Part shown: positions 62,225-64,000 of the stretch, piece by piece
How positions within the stretch are numbered: the first letter of the stretch is position 1
How the letters are laid out: every line of letters begins with the position of its first letter
Assembly: GCA_003223135.1 (NCBI GenBank)
Contig: QHXX01000029.1
Coordinates: 11,864 to 75,863, forward strand
Direction: 5' to 3'
From: Acidobacteriota bacterium
GTDB lineage: Bacteria; Acidobacteriota; Polarisedimenticolia; Gp22-AA2
Length of the DNA: 64,000 nt
Made by a program: the position numbers and the translations under genes
Notes under the pieces: model-generated
Told to the model about the DNA's origin: nothing
Databases searched by the model: none
What the model saw: the letters and a program-made list of their open reading frames with translations, nothing else

Positions 62225-63112
62225 ATGACACCCCTCATGAAGACCGATTTTCCCGGGCTCGAGCTCCTGGGACGCGGCAAGGTCCGGGACAACTATGACC
62301 TGGGGACCTCCCTGCTGATCGTCTCCACCGATCGGATCTCGGCGTTCGATCACATTCTGCCCAATGGCATTCCCGACAAGGGCAAGGTGCTGAACCAGAT
62401 CTCGACCTTCTGGTTCGAGAAGACGGCCGGGCTGGTCCGCAACCACGTGCAGGAACATCGGGTGGAGCGGTTCCCCGAGCCGCTTCGCCGGCATGCCGAC
62501 GTCCTGAGAGGACGTTCGGTCCTGGTGACGCGGCTCGACATGCTTCCGATCGAGTGTGTGGTGCGCGGCTACCTGGCGGGGTCGGGGTTCAAGGAATACC
62601 GCAAGACGGGAGCGGTGTGCGGCGTCAAGCTGGCGGCGGGTCTCGAGGAATCGTCCCGACTCCCCGAGCCGATCTTCACCCCCTCCACCAAGGCGGTGAG
62701 CGGGCACGACGAGAACATTCCGTTCGCCAGGGTGGTGGACATGGTCGGGCGGTCGACGGCCGAGCAGGTGCGCGACCTGAGCCTGGCGATCTACGCGAAG
62801 GCGTGCGAGCACGCCGAATCGCGCGGCATCATCATCGCCGACACCAAGTTCGAGTTCGGCCGCGACCGCGACGCGCTGGTCCTTGCCGACGAGGTCCTCA
62901 CGCCCGATTCCTCGCGCTTCTGGCCGAAGGAAACCTACCGGCCGGGCCGCCCGCTGCCGTCCCTGGACAAGCAGTATGTGCGCGACTATCTCGAGTCGAT
63001 CGGCTGGGACAAGAACCCCCCGGCGCCGCGTCTTCCGGACGAAATCGTCGAGGGGACGCGCAAGCGCTATCTCGACCTCTTCACGAGACTGACCGGCCGG
63101 AGCCTCGAATAG
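62225..63112 (+). CDS. purC: SAICAR synthetase
   Basis: GKVRD, DRISAFD, ECVVRGY, ADTKFEFG, TPDSSRFW. Confidence 0.97.
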   Translation: MTPLMKTDFPGLELLGRGKVRDNYDLGTSLLIVSTDRISAFDHILPNGIPDKGKVLNQISTFWFEKTAGLVRNHVQEHRVERFPEPLRRHADVLRGRSVLVTRLDMLPIECVVRGYLAGSGFKEYRKTGAVCGVKLAAGLEESSRLPEPIFTPSTKAVSGHDENIPFARVVDMVGRSTAEQVRDLSLAIYAKACEHAESRGIIIADTKFEFGRDRDALVLADEVLTPDSSRFWPKETYRPGRPLPSLDKQYVRDYLESIGWDKNPPAPRLPDEIVEGTRKRYLDLFTRLTGRSLE

Positions 63113-63137
63113 GGAGCGGACCGGCGGCGGGCCGGCC

Positions 63138-64000
63138 TCAGAGACGGGCGGTCGGATCCGAGCCGGAGTCCTGCCCGGCTCCGAGGGCCGCGAGGGCGCG
63201 GCGTGATCGTTCCAGCGCCTTCTCCGAAAATCGGGCGCGGCGTCTCGGGCGCAGGAAGCGCGCCTTGAGGGCGTTAATTCTCTTCAGGGAGCGGTCGACT
63301 CGCCTCTCGTCGACCTCGCCGGTAAGTACTGCACCCAGCACTCCCTCGTAGGCCTCGAGGATCTTCTCCTCCGATCCGCAGAACATCAGCCCGTCGTTGC
63401 CCGCAGCCAGGGCAGCCAGGGCCTGGGCGGCGGCACCCTTCTCCTGTTCGACCGCCCCCATCTCGAGATCGTCAGTGACGACAAGGCCGCGGTATCCCAG
63501 CCGGCGGCGAAGGAGACCTTCGATGACGGCCCGCGACAGGGTGGCCGGCCCGGGGGGCTCTTCCTGGAGCGCGGAGTAGTAGGCATGACCCGCCATCACG
63601 ATTGGCAGCTGCCTTCGGAGTCGCCGGTAGGGGACAAGGTCCTCCCGCGTGAGCCGGGCGCGCGATTTCAAGATGACCGGCAGCGTCAGGTGAGTGTCGG
63701 CCCGGGCCGCACCGAGCCCCGGAAAATGCTTGCCGACCGGGACCACGCCGGCTCGCAGATGCGTTTCGAGAAAAACCCGGGCCAGGCGGCAGACCGTCGC
63801 GGGATCCTCGCCGAAGGCGCGGTCACCGATGCCGTTTGCGGGATCCGGACCGGACAGGTCGAGGACCGGGGCCAGGTTCACGCTGAATCCGAGGCTTCGG
63901 AGGGCCCCGACCATGGCGCCCGCCTGCTGTCCGACCGCCCTGGCTGCGGCTCTCCGGCGAGCCAGCGCGAGGTTCGGGGGGATGGGGCCGAGGATCGGCC
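63138..64000 (-). CDS. nagZ: GH3 beta-N-acetylhexosaminidase, 5' end outside window
   Basis: APVLD, KHFPGLG..DTH, TDDLEMGA; frame open to the window edge. Confidence 0.9.
   Translation of the reverse strand, partial: PILGPIPPNLALARRRAAARAVGQQAGAMVGALRSLGFSVNLAPVLDLSGPDPANGIGDRAFGEDPATVCRLARVFLETHLRAGVVPVGKHFPGLGAARADTHLTLPVILKSRARLTREDLVPYRRLRRQLPIVMAGHAYYSALQEEPPGPATLSRAVIEGLLRRRLGYRGLVVTDDLEMGAVEQEKGAAAQALAALAAGNDGLMFCGSEEKILEAYEGVLGAVLTGEVDERRVDRSLKRINALKARFLRPRRRARFSEKALERSRRALAALGAGQDSGSDPTARL

Overview
High-GC bacterial chromosomal segment from a diderm (LolA, lipoproteins). An Acidobacteriota-like origin is my low-confidence guess from gene content. Bases 1-17 kb are an accessory cell-envelope region: a GNAT, a polysaccharide deacetylase, a Thr-nucleophile sulfatase-like enzyme, an SGNH hydrolase and six tandem GT-C-like membrane glycosyltransferases. 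A convergent, apparently sigma-54-driven three-gene dockerin/cohesin/cohesin operon follows. The rest is mostly core: an anti-sigma/STAS module, mutS, dedA, lolA, yajQ, polyprenyl synthase, smc, an AAA ATPase, a patatin, split pyr operons with a PyrR attenuator, an ABC permease-M1 peptidase fusion, a lexA-hicB-imuB-dnaE2 mutagenesis cassette, an HtrA protease, an MgtC-family protein, purC and nagZ. Non-coding highlights are a 271-bp CTAG-flanked MITE with two inverted structured arms, a ~530-bp TIR-bounded structured element upstream of pyrR, and a candidate GGTG-N7-GGTG LexA operator. Four loci carry clean deletions (RsbW-like, mutS, DUF4013/dnaE2, ABC substrate-binding gene) and one cohesin gene is frameshifted; these may be assembly artefacts. 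No rRNA, tRNA or CRISPR array was seen. All family assignments are from motif recognition by eye, not database searches.
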